From Anolis carolinensis (taxonomy: Eukaryota): a stretch of DNA of 64,000 nt. The stretch spans positions 260,881,749-260,945,748 of the forward strand of contig NC_085842.1 in the NCBI RefSeq assembly GCF_035594765.1. The letters run 5' to 3'. Made by a program: the position numbers and the translations under genes. Within the stretch, counting starts at the first letter, position 1. Each line of letters begins with the position of its first letter. The notes beneath the pieces are model-generated. The model worked only from the letters and a program-made list of their open reading frames with translations, ran no database searches and had not been told where the DNA came from. Below are positions 62,644 through 64,000 of this stretch, piece by piece.

Positions 62644-63626
62644 TATTTACAACAGCTTGGAAAGGTTACTTTTTGGATGACAACTTCCCAAATTCCTCAG
62701 CCACTGTTGTAGACTAAAAAGGATAAGCGGTACCAAAGTTTGATAGTGATTAGCAGCAGCTTCCTAAGATTTCAGATCTCTACCTGGAGATGTTAGGAAC
62801 TCAACCCAGGATATTTTGTATGCTGATTTCATATGCTGCACCATTTGCCCAGAGACAGTATAGCTGTATGAAGGCGTATTTATCTTACATTCTAAACAGC
62901 TTGTGTCGCAACCATCCTGCATAATTGAAGTCTTGAAGATATGGATTAAAAATGAATTAGATCTTTTTCTAGCCAAATTGCTGATTTGCTAAACTGGAGT
63001 CCAAATTAAACTATGAAGTCAGTGGACATTCTTTCTGTGTATGGTATGTGTGTTTAAAGCCAAAGGTCGTGAAAGGTAGGAAGTGGCTGACCAATACTTG
63101 CATGCAACCAGCAACATAATATCATCTTTAATGTTCTGTGGGAGAAGGCATATAAACAAAATGAATTTCATTCTTTCTGAGGAGCTCTGAACAGTATACA
63201 AATGTGCTTTCTTATGCTGAACTGCAATGAGCAAATCTCAGAGTGGGGAAATCGCTAATTGCAAAGCTTGATTGCAACAGCTAATCAGACTCACAGGGAA
63301 AAGAAGTGTGGGGAATTAATTAGGCAAGGACCTTCAGAACAGCAGCAGGAAACCTCCCAGTGACCTTTATTTACAGTCAGTTAAACAGAAGTGTGACTAA
63401 AAATGCCAAGGAGCAAATCACATTATTAATATTGATTGCTTAAAGAAACTGAATAATTTAGAGGTAGTTGGAATAACTATGCCATGGAAGGTAGGGGAAA
63501 ATGTAATGTCTTTTGAACATTAATTTCTCATGCAGCAGTATCCCAAGCTCTGAAACTGAGAATGTTTGCCATTGCGAAACAGAATTAGTTTAATGACCCA
63601 GCATACTTCACTATTCGTGCCACTAA

Positions 63627-63777
63627 GGGCCCTTCCAGACAGGCCCTATATCCCAGGATCTGATCCTAGGTTTTCTGTTTATCCCAGATTATCTAGCAGT
63701 ATGGGTTCTTATAATCCAGTTTAAAGCAGAAAACCTGGGATCAGATCCTGGGATATAGGGCCTGTCTGGAAGGGCCC
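63627..63777. mobile_element. Complete 151-bp PIF/Harbinger MITE
   Basis: ~51-bp TIRs GGGCCCTTCCAGACAGGCCCTATATCCCAGGATCTGATCC.. with one mismatch; TAA TSD on both sides. Confidence 0.93.
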
Positions 63778-64000
63778 TAAGATGTTTCTGGGTTGCAAAA
63801 TGAGATAAACATATGGTGTTCTGCAAAAATATATACTTATTAAATTATATACCACAGTGTTTTTGGAATGCAACTCTTTCAATGAATATTGTATATTCTC
63901 TGCCAGAATTATGGACAATTTAGAATTAATATTTTCAAAATACTGTTTTCCTATACATTATATATAATTACTTACTGTCGATGCAATATAGACAATAAAT

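Noticed and set aside
1-64000. Prokaryotic systems (CRISPR arrays, operons, defence islands)
   Set aside because: The DNA is vertebrate and repeat-rich, with no long ORFs and no regularly spaced repeat-spacer array.

Overview
This is AT-rich eukaryotic DNA, and its repeat content points to a squamate reptile, most likely Anolis (Sauria SINE, 5S-derived SINE, BovB/RTE, CR1, L2, R4/Dong, Tc1/mariner-pogo, hAT and PIF/Harbinger MITEs, solo LTRs). I found no host protein-coding gene, rRNA/tRNA gene or CRISPR array. The window looks like a large intron or intergenic desert, densely filled with often nested transposons, with a few repeat-free blocks that could be conserved non-coding elements. The main discovery concerns four divergent LTRs (23540-24229, 53734-54640, 60186-62033, 60370-61345). 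Each carries a short reading frame at its 5' end. In the three complete LTRs it is about 83-97 codons, starts at LTR nucleotide 2 and has an acidic [DE]xE[EN][ML]GF motif; one of them is open only after removing a nested LTR. All four, including the truncated copy, share an F-x-R-[KRH] motif and a C-terminal RR[SP]xR[LI] motif resembling the HMGN nucleosome-binding core RRSARLSA. Three LTRs also have an exact TTCCCnnGGGAA palindrome after the stop codon, and all four have GGAC-rich clusters before AATAAA. Repeat family names come from recalled consensus sequences and motifs, not from a database search. Boundaries of old decayed elements are approximate.
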